From contig NZ_JAUNTJ010000018.1 of assembly GCF_030538755.1 (NCBI RefSeq), forward strand, positions 1,637 to 65,636: DNA of 64,000 bases. The letters run 5' to 3'. The notes under the pieces are model-generated. The model searched no databases. It was given only the letters and a program-made list of their open reading frames with translations, and was not told the DNA's origin. Position 1 is the stretch's first letter. Each line of letters starts with the position of its first letter. Of this stretch, positions 9,913-19,009 are shown in pieces. A program made the translations under genes and the position numbers. Source of the stretch: Paracoccus sp. (in: a-proteobacteria) (GTDB taxonomy: Bacteria; Pseudomonadota; Alphaproteobacteria; Rhodobacterales; Rhodobacteraceae).

Positions 9913-11454
9913 ATGCGCGATTCCCTGACGCCGCCTCGGGTCCGCCGCCGTCACCGCCCTCCGCTGCGACGGTTGGCGGGGGATGCGGCCTTGGGCTGCA
10001 TCGCGGCGACCGGGCTGGCCCCGCTGAACCTGTGGTTCCTGACCCTGCCCGCCCTTGCGCTGATCCTGTGGCGCATCGCCCGCGCCCCCACGGCCCGCAG
10101 CGCCTTCTGGCAGGCTCTGGCCGCCGGGGTGGGCTGGTTCGCACTGGCACTGGTCTGGATCGTGGAACCGTTTCTGGTCCAGCCCGAAGTTTACGGCTGG
10201 ATGGCCCCCTTTGCACTGATGTTGATGGCATTGGGCGGAGGACTGTTCTGGGCAATCCCCGCCGCCGCCGCCTATCGCCTTGCCGCCCCCCGCCACGCCA
10301 GCCGCATCGCCGCCATCGCCGCCGCACTGGCCCTGTCCGACTGGCTGCGCGGCTGGATCTTCACCGGCTTCCCCTGGGCGCTGACCGGCCATATCTGGAT
10401 CGCAACGCCCGTCGCCCAATCAGCCGCCGTGATCGGTGCCACCGGCCTGTCCGCGCTGACGATGCTGCTGGCCGCCCTGCCCGGCCTGCTGCGCCGCCGT
10501 CAGGCCGAACCCGCCACCCGTGCCCTGCCCGGTGCCGCCCTGTGCATCGCACTGACCGGCGCGCTATGGGCGGCAGGGCTGGCGCGACTGGCCTCACCAC
10601 TGCCGCCAGACACGCCCATCACACTGCGCGTGGTGCAGCCCGACGCACAACAGGCGCTGAAATGGGATCCAGACTGGTCGATGAAATTCTATCGCCGCCT
10701 GCTGGACCTGTCATCACAACCAGGGTCGCCCGATCTGGTGATCTGGCCCGAAACCGCCGTGAATTTTCTGCTGAACGACGCCGACCCGGTGCTGCCGCAG
10801 ATGGCGGCGTCGGCAGGCGGGGCAACGCTGATCCTTGGCATCCAGCGCGCGGAATATCCTCGGTTTTTCAACAGCCTCGCCGTGGTGCAACCTGACGGCA
10901 GCATAAGCGCCACCTATGACAAGTTCCACCTCGTCCCCTTTGGCGAATACATCCCTTGGGGCGACGCATTGGCCCGTTTAGGCATCACCGCCTTCGCCGC
11001 GCAACAAGGCAACGGCTATTCCCCCGGCCCCGGCCCCACGGTGCTGAGCCTGCCCGGCCTGCCCGAATTTCAGCCGCTGATCTGCTATGAGGCGATCTTC
11101 CCCCAACACCTGCGCACCCAAGGCCCACGCCCGGCATGGCTGTTGCAGATCACCAATGACGCATGGTTCGGCCGGTTCTCTGGCCCCTATCAACACCTCG
11201 CCCAAGCGCAGCTGCGCGCCATCCAAAGCGGCCTGCCCCTGATCCGATCCGCCAACACCGGCGTATCCGCCATCATCGACGCCCACGGCACCACCCGCGC
11301 CAGCCTGCCGCTGAACCAGATGGGCAAGATCGACGCCGCCCTGCCCGCCGCCCTGCCGGCCACACCATGGTGGCACTGGGGCGACACCCCGGCCCTGATC
11401 TTGCTGACACTGATCCTGACCGCCGCCAGCCTGCGCCGCCGCAAAGCCGCCTGA
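9913..11454 (+). CDS. lnt: Apolipoprotein N-acyltransferase
   Basis: FTGFPW, WPETA, YDKFHLVPFGEY, ICYEAIFP, TNDAWFG and RSANTGVSA motifs, with N-terminal TM helices. Confidence 0.95.
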   Translation: MRDSLTPPRVRRRHRPPLRRLAGDAALGCIAATGLAPLNLWFLTLPALALILWRIARAPTARSAFWQALAAGVGWFALALVWIVEPFLVQPEVYGWMAPFALMLMALGGGLFWAIPAAAAYRLAAPRHASRIAAIAAALALSDWLRGWIFTGFPWALTGHIWIATPVAQSAAVIGATGLSALTMLLAALPGLLRRRQAEPATRALPGAALCIALTGALWAAGLARLASPLPPDTPITLRVVQPDAQQALKWDPDWSMKFYRRLLDLSSQPGSPDLVIWPETAVNFLLNDADPVLPQMAASAGGATLILGIQRAEYPRFFNSLAVVQPDGSISATYDKFHLVPFGEYIPWGDALARLGITAFAAQQGNGYSPGPGPTVLSLPGLPEFQPLICYEAIFPQHLRTQGPRPAWLLQITNDAWFGRFSGPYQHLAQAQLRAIQSGLPLIRSANTGVSAIIDAHGTTRASLPLNQMGKIDAALPAALPATPWWHWGDTPALILLTLILTAASLRRRKAA

Positions 11455-11456
11455 AC

Positions 11457-11505
11457 CATCTTTGGTCCCTAAATATCCTGGGGGTCCGGGGGTGAAACCC
11501 CCGGC
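11457..11505 (+). repeat. Dispersed intergenic repeat copy R2 (subfamily A)
   Basis: CATCTTTGGTCCCTAAATATCC-T-GGGGGTCCGGGGGTGAAACCCCCGGC. Starts 2 nt after the lnt TGA. Confidence 0.9.
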
Positions 11506-11528
11506 CATCGCGGGACGCAAAGCAGCGG

Positions 11529-12158
11529 TCAGTCGCGGAAATACCGGCTTTCGCGGACCTGTTCCCACGCCCAGACAACCTCGGCCAGACGATCCTCGTC
11601 GGAACGGTCGCCGCCGTTCATATCGGGATGAAGATCCTTGACCAGGGATTTGTATTGCTTGCGAATTTCAGCGCGGGTCCAGCTGTCTTTCGCCTCAAGA
11701 ATGTCGATGGCGCGACGCTCGTTCGGGGGCAGCTTGCGCGAGGCGGTCTTGGCCCGGACCTCGGGGCTGGTGGCGTTTTCGCCCAGAATTTCCATCGGGT
11801 CGCTGATGCCATGGCGCGCCCATGCCTGTTCCTGCGCCGCACGGCCAAAGGGCTTGGTCGGGCGTTCCCACACCGTGGCATTGTCCAGAAACTGCTGGAA
11901 TTCGGCCTCGCTCTGCCCCTGAAAATAGTTCCAGTTCAGGTTGTATTCGCGGACGTGATCCTTGCAGAACCAGTAATAGTCCTCAAGGTTGCGCGGGCTT
12001 TTGGGCGCGCGATACTGGCCGGGCAGATCACAGCCCGCCTTGTCACAGATCCGGGTCGAGGTCTCGATCGCCCCCGACATGCCACGTCTGCCTTTGGACC
12101 GCCGCTTTTTGTCCTTGGCGGCGGAAATGTCGAAACCGAACGGGTCGTTACTGGTCAT
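11529..12158 (-). CDS. J-domain (DnaJ-like) protein with N-terminal Cys/His cluster
   Basis: C-terminal J domain with HPD (LVKDLHPDMNGGD) and CDKAGC...FCKDHVREYN. Divergent from bolA. Confidence 0.88.
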   Translation of the reverse strand: MTSNDPFGFDISAAKDKKRRSKGRRGMSGAIETSTRICDKAGCDLPGQYRAPKSPRNLEDYYWFCKDHVREYNLNWNYFQGQSEAEFQQFLDNATVWERPTKPFGRAAQEQAWARHGISDPMEILGENATSPEVRAKTASRKLPPNERRAIDILEAKDSWTRAEIRKQYKSLVKDLHPDMNGGDRSDEDRLAEVVWAWEQVRESRYFRD

Positions 12159-12229
12159 ATGTTTGCCCTTTGCGACTCGGGAACAGGAGTTTAGGGGTTT
12201 TGACGCGACATGAAAGGGGGGCCGGAAAA

Positions 12230-12487
12230 ATGATAGCGGATGACATGCGCGACAGGCTGGCGGCACTGAACCCGGTGCGGCTGGAAATTAACGATGAAAG
12301 CGAACAGCACCGGGGCCATTCGGGCTGGCGCGAAGGGGGGCAGACGCATTTCCGTATCCGCCTGATTTCACCAGATTTTCAGGGCAAAACGCGGGTCGAG
12401 CGGCACCGGATGGTGCATCACGCCCTGGGCGATATCGTGCCGCGTATCCACGCGCTTGCGCTTGAGCTTGATACACCCACGGCCTAG
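12230..12487 (+). CDS. bolA: BolA family protein
   Basis: LEINDESEQHRGHSG...THFRIRLISPDFQGKTRVERHRMVH...IHALAL. Confidence 0.9.
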   Translation: MIADDMRDRLAALNPVRLEINDESEQHRGHSGWREGGQTHFRIRLISPDFQGKTRVERHRMVHHALGDIVPRIHALALELDTPTA

Positions 12488-12524
12488 AACACCGGCGACG
12501 CGCCCATCTTGTGGAGGAATGGCC

Positions 12525-13490
12525 ATGAACGCCAAAACCGATTTTAACGACCGCCTGTTGTCTTTGGGCCTTGCCCGCGTATCCGAGGCTGCGGCACATG
12601 CCTCGGCCCGGCTGATCGGTCGCGGCGATGAAAAGGCCGCCGATCAGGCCGCCGTGAACGCCATGCGCGATCAGCTGAACATGCTGGACATCAAGGGCGT
12701 CGTCGTCATCGGCGAGGGCGAGCGTGACGAAGCGCCCATGCTGTTCATCGGCGAAGAGGTCGGCACCGGCAACGGTCCCGAGGTGGACATCGCGCTTGAC
12801 CCGCTGGAGGGCACCACCCTGACCGCCAAGGACATGCCGAACGCGCTGACCGTGATCGCCATGGCTCCGCGCGGCACGCTGCTGCACGCGCCCGACGTTT
12901 ACATGGACAAGCTGGCCATCGGGCCGGGCTATGACAAGGATGTGGTCAATCTGGACATGACCCCGACCGAGCGGGTTCATGCGCTGGCCAAGGCGCAGGG
13001 TGTCAAGCCCGAAGACATCACCGTCTGCATTCTGGAACGCCCCCGCCACGAAGAGATGATCGCCGAGGTCCGCGCCACCGGCGCCGCCATCCGGCTGATT
13101 ACCGATGGCGACGTGGCGGGCGTGATGCATGTGGCCGAGCCGGAAAAGACCGGCATCGACATGTATATGGGCAGCGGTGGCGCGCCCGAGGGTGTTCTGG
13201 CGGCCTCCGCGCTGAAATGCATGGGCGGGCAGATGTGGGGCCGTCTGCTGTTCCGCAACGATGACGAACGCGGGCGGGCCGCCAAGGCCGGCATCACCGA
13301 CCTGAACCGCATCTATTCGCGCGATGAAATGGTAACGGCGGATGTGATCTTTTCGGCCACTGGCGTCACCAATGGTTCCATCGTGCGCGGCTTGAAGCGC
13401 GAGCCGCATTTCATCGAGACCGAAACCATTCTGATGCGGTCGAAAACGGGTTCGGTGCGCCGGGTGATCTATCGCAACCCGATCAAGTAA
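12525..13490 (+). CDS. glpX: Class II fructose-1,6-bisphosphatase
   Basis: VIGEGERDEAPMLFIGE, DPLEGT, DGDVAG and GGAPEGVLAA motifs. GGAGGA RBS. Confidence 0.96.
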   Translation: MNAKTDFNDRLLSLGLARVSEAAAHASARLIGRGDEKAADQAAVNAMRDQLNMLDIKGVVVIGEGERDEAPMLFIGEEVGTGNGPEVDIALDPLEGTTLTAKDMPNALTVIAMAPRGTLLHAPDVYMDKLAIGPGYDKDVVNLDMTPTERVHALAKAQGVKPEDITVCILERPRHEEMIAEVRATGAAIRLITDGDVAGVMHVAEPEKTGIDMYMGSGGAPEGVLAASALKCMGGQMWGRLLFRNDDERGRAAKAGITDLNRIYSRDEMVTADVIFSATGVTNGSIVRGLKREPHFIETETILMRSKTGSVRRVIYRNPIK

Positions 13491-13557
13491 GAGGGGGCCA
13501 GCCCCCATCCGGCCCCAAGGGGCCGGATTCCCCCGGGATATTTCGGAACGAAAGACG
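13491..13557 (-). repeat. Dispersed intergenic repeat copy R3 (subfamily B, extra hairpin); fills the glpX-recJ spacer
   Basis: Minus strand: CGTCTTTCGTTCCGAAATATCC-C-GGGGG-AATCCGGCCCCTTGGGGCCGGAT-GGGGGCTGGCCCCCTC. Confidence 0.85.
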
Positions 13558-13559
13558 AC

Positions 13560-15302
13560 ATGGGTGCCTTTCTGGGGGTTGAGGATTCGCTGAGCGGGCG
13601 GCGGTGGATCGGACCTGATGACGCGCTGATCCGCCGGGCCGAGGGTTTGGCGCAATCTGCGCGCCTGCCCTTGCCCGTGGCGCGGATTCTGGCGGAACGC
13701 GGGGTCGAGGCAGACGGCGTGCCCGGTTTCCTGAACCCGCGTCTGCGCGATCTGCTGCCCGATCCGCTGTCTTTGCGCGATATGGCTGTGGCGGCGGAAC
13801 GGCTGGTGACGGCGGCGCTGTCGGGCCAGCGGATTGCGGTATTTGCCGATTATGACGTGGATGGCGGCGCCTCGGCCGCTTTGCTGCTGGACTGGCTGCG
13901 GGCGCAGGGGCGGGATGCGACGCTGTATATCCCCGACCGCATCGACGAGGGTTATGGCCCGAATGCCCCTGCCATCGCCGCGCTGGCTGCCGCGCATGAT
14001 CTGATCGTCTGCGTCGATTGCGGAACGCTGTCGCATGACGCTTTGGCGGCGGCGCAGGGGCTGGCGGATGTAATCGTGCTGGACCACCATCTGGGCGGCG
14101 AGACGCTGCCCCCTGCCCTTGCCGTCGTGAACCCGAACCGCGCCGATGAAACCGGCGATCTGGGCTATCTTTGTGCCGCTGGCGTGGTGTTTCTGACGCT
14201 GGTGCAGGCGGGCCGGGCACTGCGCGCGCAGGGCCGGGCCGAGGTGCCGCTGATCCCGATGCTGGATCTGGTGGCACTGGCGACCGTTGCCGATGTCGCG
14301 CCGCTGGTCGGGGTGAACCGCGCCTTTGTGCGCACCGGGTTGGAGGTAATGGCGCGCCGTGATCGCCCCGGTTTGCGCGCGCTGGCCGATGTGGCGCGGC
14401 TGGACGGGCCGCCAAGCGCCTTTCATCTGGGCTTTCTGCTGGGGCCGCGCATCAATGCCGGGGGCCGCGTGGGCCGCGCCGATCTGGGCGCGCTGTGCCT
14501 GTCGGCCACCGATGCCGCCACCGCCGACCGGCTGGCCGCGCAGCTTGACGATCTGAACCGCGACCGCCGCGCCATCGAGGCCGAGGTGCGGCAGGCGGCC
14601 TTGGCGCAGGTCGAGGCGCGGGACGACGCCCGGCTGGCATGGGCGGCGGGCGCGGGCTGGCACCCCGGCGTCGTCGGCATCGTCGCCGCCCGTGTGAAAG
14701 AGGCAACCCGCCTGCCCTCCGTGGTGATCGGCACCGAAGGCGGCATCGGCAAGGGCAGCGCCCGTTCGGTGCCCGGCGTCGATCTGGGCCGGGCCGTGCA
14801 GCGGCTGGCGGCCGAGGGGCTGATCCTTAAGGGCGGCGGGCATATGATGGCGGCGGGGCTGACCGTGGCCGAAGATGCGATCCCTGCCGCGATGGCGCGG
14901 CTGGCCGATCTGATCGCCGCCGATCTGGATGCCCGCCGGGGTGCGGGCGATCTGCGCATTTCCAGCCTGATCGAGCCTGCCGCCGCCACCCCCGATCTGA
15001 TGCGGCTGATCGCCGATGCCGGTCCCTTTGGGCAGGCGGCCCCCGCGCCGCGCTTTGCCTTTGCCGACCAGTTGATCGACAGCGCCGGTCAGATGGGCGA
15101 CGGCCACCTGCGCCTGTCCTTCCGCGCGCCCGGCGGCCCCTCGCTCGAGGCCGTGGGCTGGGGCGCGATGAACGGCCCGCTTGGCCCGGCGCTGATCGGC
15201 GCCAAGGGCCGCCGCTTTCACCTTGCGGGCAAGCTGGAACTGTCCACATGGAACGGGCGCGAACGGGTGCGGCTGCGGCTGGATGACGCCGCCCCGGTCT
15301 GA
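13560..15302 (+). CDS. recJ: Single-stranded-DNA-specific exonuclease RecJ
   Basis: DYDVDG, VDCG, DHH, ATVADV, PRINAGGR, GSARS and GGHMMAAG motifs. Confidence 0.96.
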   Translation: MGAFLGVEDSLSGRRWIGPDDALIRRAEGLAQSARLPLPVARILAERGVEADGVPGFLNPRLRDLLPDPLSLRDMAVAAERLVTAALSGQRIAVFADYDVDGGASAALLLDWLRAQGRDATLYIPDRIDEGYGPNAPAIAALAAAHDLIVCVDCGTLSHDALAAAQGLADVIVLDHHLGGETLPPALAVVNPNRADETGDLGYLCAAGVVFLTLVQAGRALRAQGRAEVPLIPMLDLVALATVADVAPLVGVNRAFVRTGLEVMARRDRPGLRALADVARLDGPPSAFHLGFLLGPRINAGGRVGRADLGALCLSATDAATADRLAAQLDDLNRDRRAIEAEVRQAALAQVEARDDARLAWAAGAGWHPGVVGIVAARVKEATRLPSVVIGTEGGIGKGSARSVPGVDLGRAVQRLAAEGLILKGGGHMMAAGLTVAEDAIPAAMARLADLIAADLDARRGAGDLRISSLIEPAAATPDLMRLIADAGPFGQAAPAPRFAFADQLIDSAGQMGDGHLRLSFRAPGGPSLEAVGWGAMNGPLGPALIGAKGRRFHLAGKLELSTWNGRERVRLRLDDAAPV

Positions 15303-15314
15303 CAACGCGCCCGA

Positions 15315-15333
15315 TCCGGGGGCTGGCCCCCCG
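15315..15333 (+). repeat. Possible headless tail fragment of the repeat family, or a simple hairpin after recJ
   Basis: TCCGGGGGCTGGCCCCCCG contains the same GGGGGCTGGCCCCC hairpin as R3. No 22-bp head. Confidence 0.35.
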
Positions 15334-15377
15334 CCGCCAAGGCCGCTAACCTGCGCCAAACGGCACAGGAGGATTGC

Positions 15378-16070
15378 ATGAAACTGACCTGGCTTGGCCA
15401 TTCCGGCTTTCGTCTTGAAATCGAACAGGCGGTGATCCTGATCGACCCGTGGCTGACCGGCAATCCGCTGTTCCCACAGGATCAACGCGATCAGGCGCTG
15501 AGCGGTGCCACCCATATTCTGATAACCCACGGCCATGGCGATCACACCGGCGACACGCTGGCCATCGCCAAGGAGCTGGGCATCCCCGTCGTCGGCATTT
15601 ACGACCTGATAACCCATTGGGAAAAAACCGCCGGGATCGAGGGCACCGGCTTTAACAAGGGCGGCACCCTCGATCTGGGCGGGGCCAAGGTGACGATGGT
15701 GAACGCGGCGCATTCCAGTTCGCTCGACGGGCCGGACGGGCCGATCTACGCGGGCCACGAATCGGGCTATATGATCGCGGGCGAGGGGCATGTGATCTAT
15801 GTCAGCGGCGACACCGACATCATGGCCGATATGGGCTGGATGGGCGAATATCACCAGCCTGACATCGGCATCCTGTCCTGCGGCGGACATTTCACCATGG
15901 ATATGGACCGCGCGGCTTGGGCGGCAAAGAAATACTTTGATTTCAAGACGGTGATCCCCTGCCACTATAAAACCTTCCCGCTGCTGGCACAGTCGGCACA
16001 GCCGCTGACCGACGCGCTGCCCGGCGTCACCGTCCTGACCCCGGACGTGATGGAGACGGTGATCCTGTGA
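15378..16070 (+). CDS. Metal-dependent hydrolase, MBL fold (UPF0173-like)
   Basis: WLGHSGF, IDPWLTGNP, THGHGDH, SGDT and IPCHY motifs. Confidence 0.9.
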   Translation: MKLTWLGHSGFRLEIEQAVILIDPWLTGNPLFPQDQRDQALSGATHILITHGHGDHTGDTLAIAKELGIPVVGIYDLITHWEKTAGIEGTGFNKGGTLDLGGAKVTMVNAAHSSSLDGPDGPIYAGHESGYMIAGEGHVIYVSGDTDIMADMGWMGEYHQPDIGILSCGGHFTMDMDRAAWAAKKYFDFKTVIPCHYKTFPLLAQSAQPLTDALPGVTVLTPDVMETVIL

Positions 16071-17869
16071 CCAACTGGCAAAGCTTCGACCCGCCCGAGG
16101 CCGGGCAGAACCGTTCGGCCCGGCTGGCGGCGCTGCGGGCGCAGATGGCCGATGCCGGGCTGGATGCCTTTATCGTGCCGCGCGCCGATGCACATCAGGG
16201 CGAATACGTCGCCCCCTCGGAAGCGCGGCTGGCATGGCTGACCGGCTTTACCGGCAGCGCCGGCTTTGCCATCGTCACGGCCACCACGGCGGGCGTGTTC
16301 ATCGACGGCCGCTATCGCGTGCAGGTCCGGGCCGAGGTGGACGCCGCCGATTATACCCCGGTCAACTGGCCCGAAACCAAGCCCGCCGACTGGCTGCGGC
16401 AGGCGCTGCCCGGCGGCGGGCGCGTGGGCTTTGACCCGTGGCTGCACACCCGCTCCGAGATCGAGTCGCTGGAACAGGGGCTGGGCGGCGCGGGCATCGG
16501 TCTGATCGCCGTCGAGCGCAACCTTGTCGATGCGATCTGGCCCGACCGCCCCGCACCCCCTGTGGGTGCCGCGCGGATTCATGATGAATCGCTGGCAGGC
16601 GAAACCGCCGCCAGCCGTCGCGCGCGCCTTGCCGAAACCCTGCGTGAGGCGGGGCAAACCGCGGCGCTGCTGACCCTGCCCGATTCGATCTCGTGGCTGC
16701 TGAATATCCGTGGCAGCGATATTCCCCGCAATCCGGTGGTGCAATCCTTCGCCGTGCTGTCCGACAGCGGCGAGCTGGCGCTGTTCGCCGATGCGGCCAA
16801 ATTCGATCCCATGGTGCGGGCGCATCTGGGCAATCAGGTCAGCATCCTGCCCCCCGACGCGCTGACCGCCGCGCTGCGCGACCTGCCCGGCCCGGTGCGC
16901 CTTGACCCACAGACCGCCCCCGAGGCCGCCTTTCGCATCCTGACCGAAGCCGGGACCGAGATCGCCCGCGATCGCGACCCCGCCATCCTGCCCAAAGCGC
17001 GCAAGACCGCCGCCGAACTGTCCGGCATGGCCGCCGCGCACCGCCGCGATGGGGCAGCAATAGTGCGGCTGCTGGCGTGGCTGGATGCACAAGACCCGGC
17101 CAAACTGACCGAAATCGACGTGGTGCAGCGGCTGGAACAGGAACGCCGGGCCGAAGGCGCGCTGGACATCAGCTTTGACACCATCTGCGGCGCGGGGCCG
17201 AACGGGGCCATCATCCACTATCGCGTGACCGAGGCGACCAATCGCACCCTCAGCCCCGATCAGATCCTGCTGCTGGATTCGGGTGGCCAATATGCGGACG
17301 GCACCACCGACATCACCCGCACGATCAGCCTTGGCGCCGCCCCCGATGCAGCGCGCGCGCCCTATACCGCCGTGCTGCGCGGCCTGATCGCAATCAGCCG
17401 CACCCGTTTCCCGACAGGCGTGGCAGGCGCGCATATCGACGCGCTGGCGCGGCAGTTCCTGTGGGCGCAGGGGCTGGATTACGACCACGGCACCGGCCAT
17501 GGCGTCGGCGCGGCGCTGTGCGTCCACGAAGGCCCGGTGCGGATCAGCCGCATCAGCACCCTGCCACTCGAATCCGGCATGATCCTGTCGAACGAACCCG
17601 GCTACTACCGCGAGGGCGCCTTCGGCATCCGGCTGGAAAACCTGATCGCCGTCACCCCGGCCCAATCAGAACCGGGGCGCGAGATGTTGGGCTTCGACAC
17701 GCTGACGCTATGCCCCTTTGACCGCCGCCTGATCGACGCCAGCGTGATGTCGCCCACAGAAACCGAGTGGCTGAACACCTATCACCAACATGTCCGCACG
17801 GAACTGTCGCCGCTGCTGGATGGCGCTGCCCGCGATTGGCTGATCCGGCAAACCCACCCGCTGACCTAG
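16067..17869 (+). CDS. Xaa-Pro aminopeptidase (aminopeptidase P, M24)
   Basis: DSGGQYADGTTDITRT, HGTGHGVG, VHEGP, SNEPGYY and GIRLEN motifs. Confidence 0.95.
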   Translation: MTNWQSFDPPEAGQNRSARLAALRAQMADAGLDAFIVPRADAHQGEYVAPSEARLAWLTGFTGSAGFAIVTATTAGVFIDGRYRVQVRAEVDAADYTPVNWPETKPADWLRQALPGGGRVGFDPWLHTRSEIESLEQGLGGAGIGLIAVERNLVDAIWPDRPAPPVGAARIHDESLAGETAASRRARLAETLREAGQTAALLTLPDSISWLLNIRGSDIPRNPVVQSFAVLSDSGELALFADAAKFDPMVRAHLGNQVSILPPDALTAALRDLPGPVRLDPQTAPEAAFRILTEAGTEIARDRDPAILPKARKTAAELSGMAAAHRRDGAAIVRLLAWLDAQDPAKLTEIDVVQRLEQERRAEGALDISFDTICGAGPNGAIIHYRVTEATNRTLSPDQILLLDSGGQYADGTTDITRTISLGAAPDAARAPYTAVLRGLIAISRTRFPTGVAGAHIDALARQFLWAQGLDYDHGTGHGVGAALCVHEGPVRISRISTLPLESGMILSNEPGYYREGAFGIRLENLIAVTPAQSEPGREMLGFDTLTLCPFDRRLIDASVMSPTETEWLNTYHQHVRTELSPLLDGAARDWLIRQTHPLT

Positions 17870-17874
17870 GCAGG

Positions 17875-17930
17875 CTTCCTGTTTGCGAAAATACGCCACA
17901 GGGGGTCCGGGGGATGTGAAATCCCCCGGT
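17875..17930 (+). repeat. Dispersed intergenic repeat copy R4 (subfamily C head with full hairpin tail)
   Basis: CTTCCTGTTTGCGAAAATACGC-CACA-GGGGGTCCGGGGGATGTGAAATCCCCCGGT. Starts 5 nt after the aminopeptidase stop. Confidence 0.88.
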
Positions 17931-17938
17931 CCGGCAGA

Positions 17939-18574
17939 TCAATCGCAGGCCGCCAGAACTTCGTCGCGCAAGGCCGCAATCTCGTCGCGCGCAGGCCCAG
18001 ACCCGGCCCGCTCGATCGCACCAAGGCCCAGACCCAGCGTTTCGGCATAGGCAACGCGGTTGGCCAGTTGCGCATCCGCCACCGTAGCGCCCAGTTCGGC
18101 TGTCTTTTCAGCCACTTCGGCCCCCAGCCGGGTGTTGGGCCGGGTGCGGTTCAGCACCACCAGAACCGCCGCCTTTTCGCGCCGGGCCAGATCCAGCACC
18201 CCCTCGGTGGCCCACAGATCGACATGGCTTGAGGCAACCGGCACCAGCACCAGATCGGCCACGCGCAAGGCCGGGCGCAGATCGCTGTCGATCTTGGGCG
18301 GCGTGTCGATAATGACGAAATCGAACCGCTTTTTCAGCTTGTCCGATTCATACGACGCCCCCCATGCCGACGAGGTGGAAAACTCCAGATCGTCATCCTC
18401 GCCCACGCGCCCCAGCCGTTCGATGAACCAGCGGCCCATACTGCCCTGCGGATCGGTATCAATCAGCGCGACGCGATACCCCGCCTGCCGCAGCGCGATT
18501 GCCAGATTGACGGCGACGGTCGTCTTGCCCGAACCGCCCTTTTGCTGAGCCACGGTGATGATGCATCCGGCCAT
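17939..18574 (-). CDS. Short ParA-family ATPase (orphan)
   Basis: Deviant Walker A QQKGGSGKTT, IDTDPQGS and IIDTPP. No parB next to it. Confidence 0.9.
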   Translation of the reverse strand: MAGCIITVAQQKGGSGKTTVAVNLAIALRQAGYRVALIDTDPQGSMGRWFIERLGRVGEDDDLEFSTSSAWGASYESDKLKKRFDFVIIDTPPKIDSDLRPALRVADLVLVPVASSHVDLWATEGVLDLARREKAAVLVVLNRTRPNTRLGAEVAEKTAELGATVADAQLANRVAYAETLGLGLGAIERAGSGPARDEIAALRDEVLAACD

Positions 18575-18640
18575 ATGTTTCCCCTTGTGTCGCAGTGCAG
18601 CATAACCCCGCGCGCCGCGTTGAAAAGGGCCAATCCCGCC

Positions 18641-18964
18641 TTAACTGCGATAGACCTCGGCCACTTCATACATCACCGGCTCAAAGCTTTTGCACATGCC
18701 GTGAATGACGCGGTTGCGCTGGCGCATCTCGGGGGTGCGCAGCATGGCCTGATAATCCTTGCGGTCGCGCCATTGCGAATAGGTGGCGATGCGGGTCTGC
18801 GCATCATTCAAATGCACGGCGGCAGAGATAAACCCCGGCTGTTTGCTGATGACATTGGCCCAGGCATCCGTCAGCAGCTCCAGCACGTCCTGCGCGGTGC
18901 CGGGCGTTACATCGAATGTTGCGATGACAGTCTGTCCGTTGAAATCCTTATGAATATCGGGCAT
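18641..18964 (-). CDS. Antibiotic-biosynthesis-monooxygenase (ABM) family protein
   Basis: 107 aa with QPGFISAAVH...ATYSQW, a ferredoxin-like ABM pattern. Confidence 0.75.
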   Translation of the reverse strand: MPDIHKDFNGQTVIATFDVTPGTAQDVLELLTDAWANVISKQPGFISAAVHLNDAQTRIATYSQWRDRKDYQAMLRTPEMRQRNRVIHGMCKSFEPVMYEVAEVYRS

Positions 18965-19009
18965 GGCTGGCCTCCTGTTCCGGCTTGCCCGATCAGGTTA
19001 GGGCAATTC

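Noticed and set aside
12288-15965. Very long antisense ORFs (1225 aa here; also 7903-10419, 24082-26877, 48556-51096 and 54126-56807)
   Set aside because: They lie opposite well-supported genes and have no recognisable motifs. Such shadow frames are expected from high-GC codon bias.
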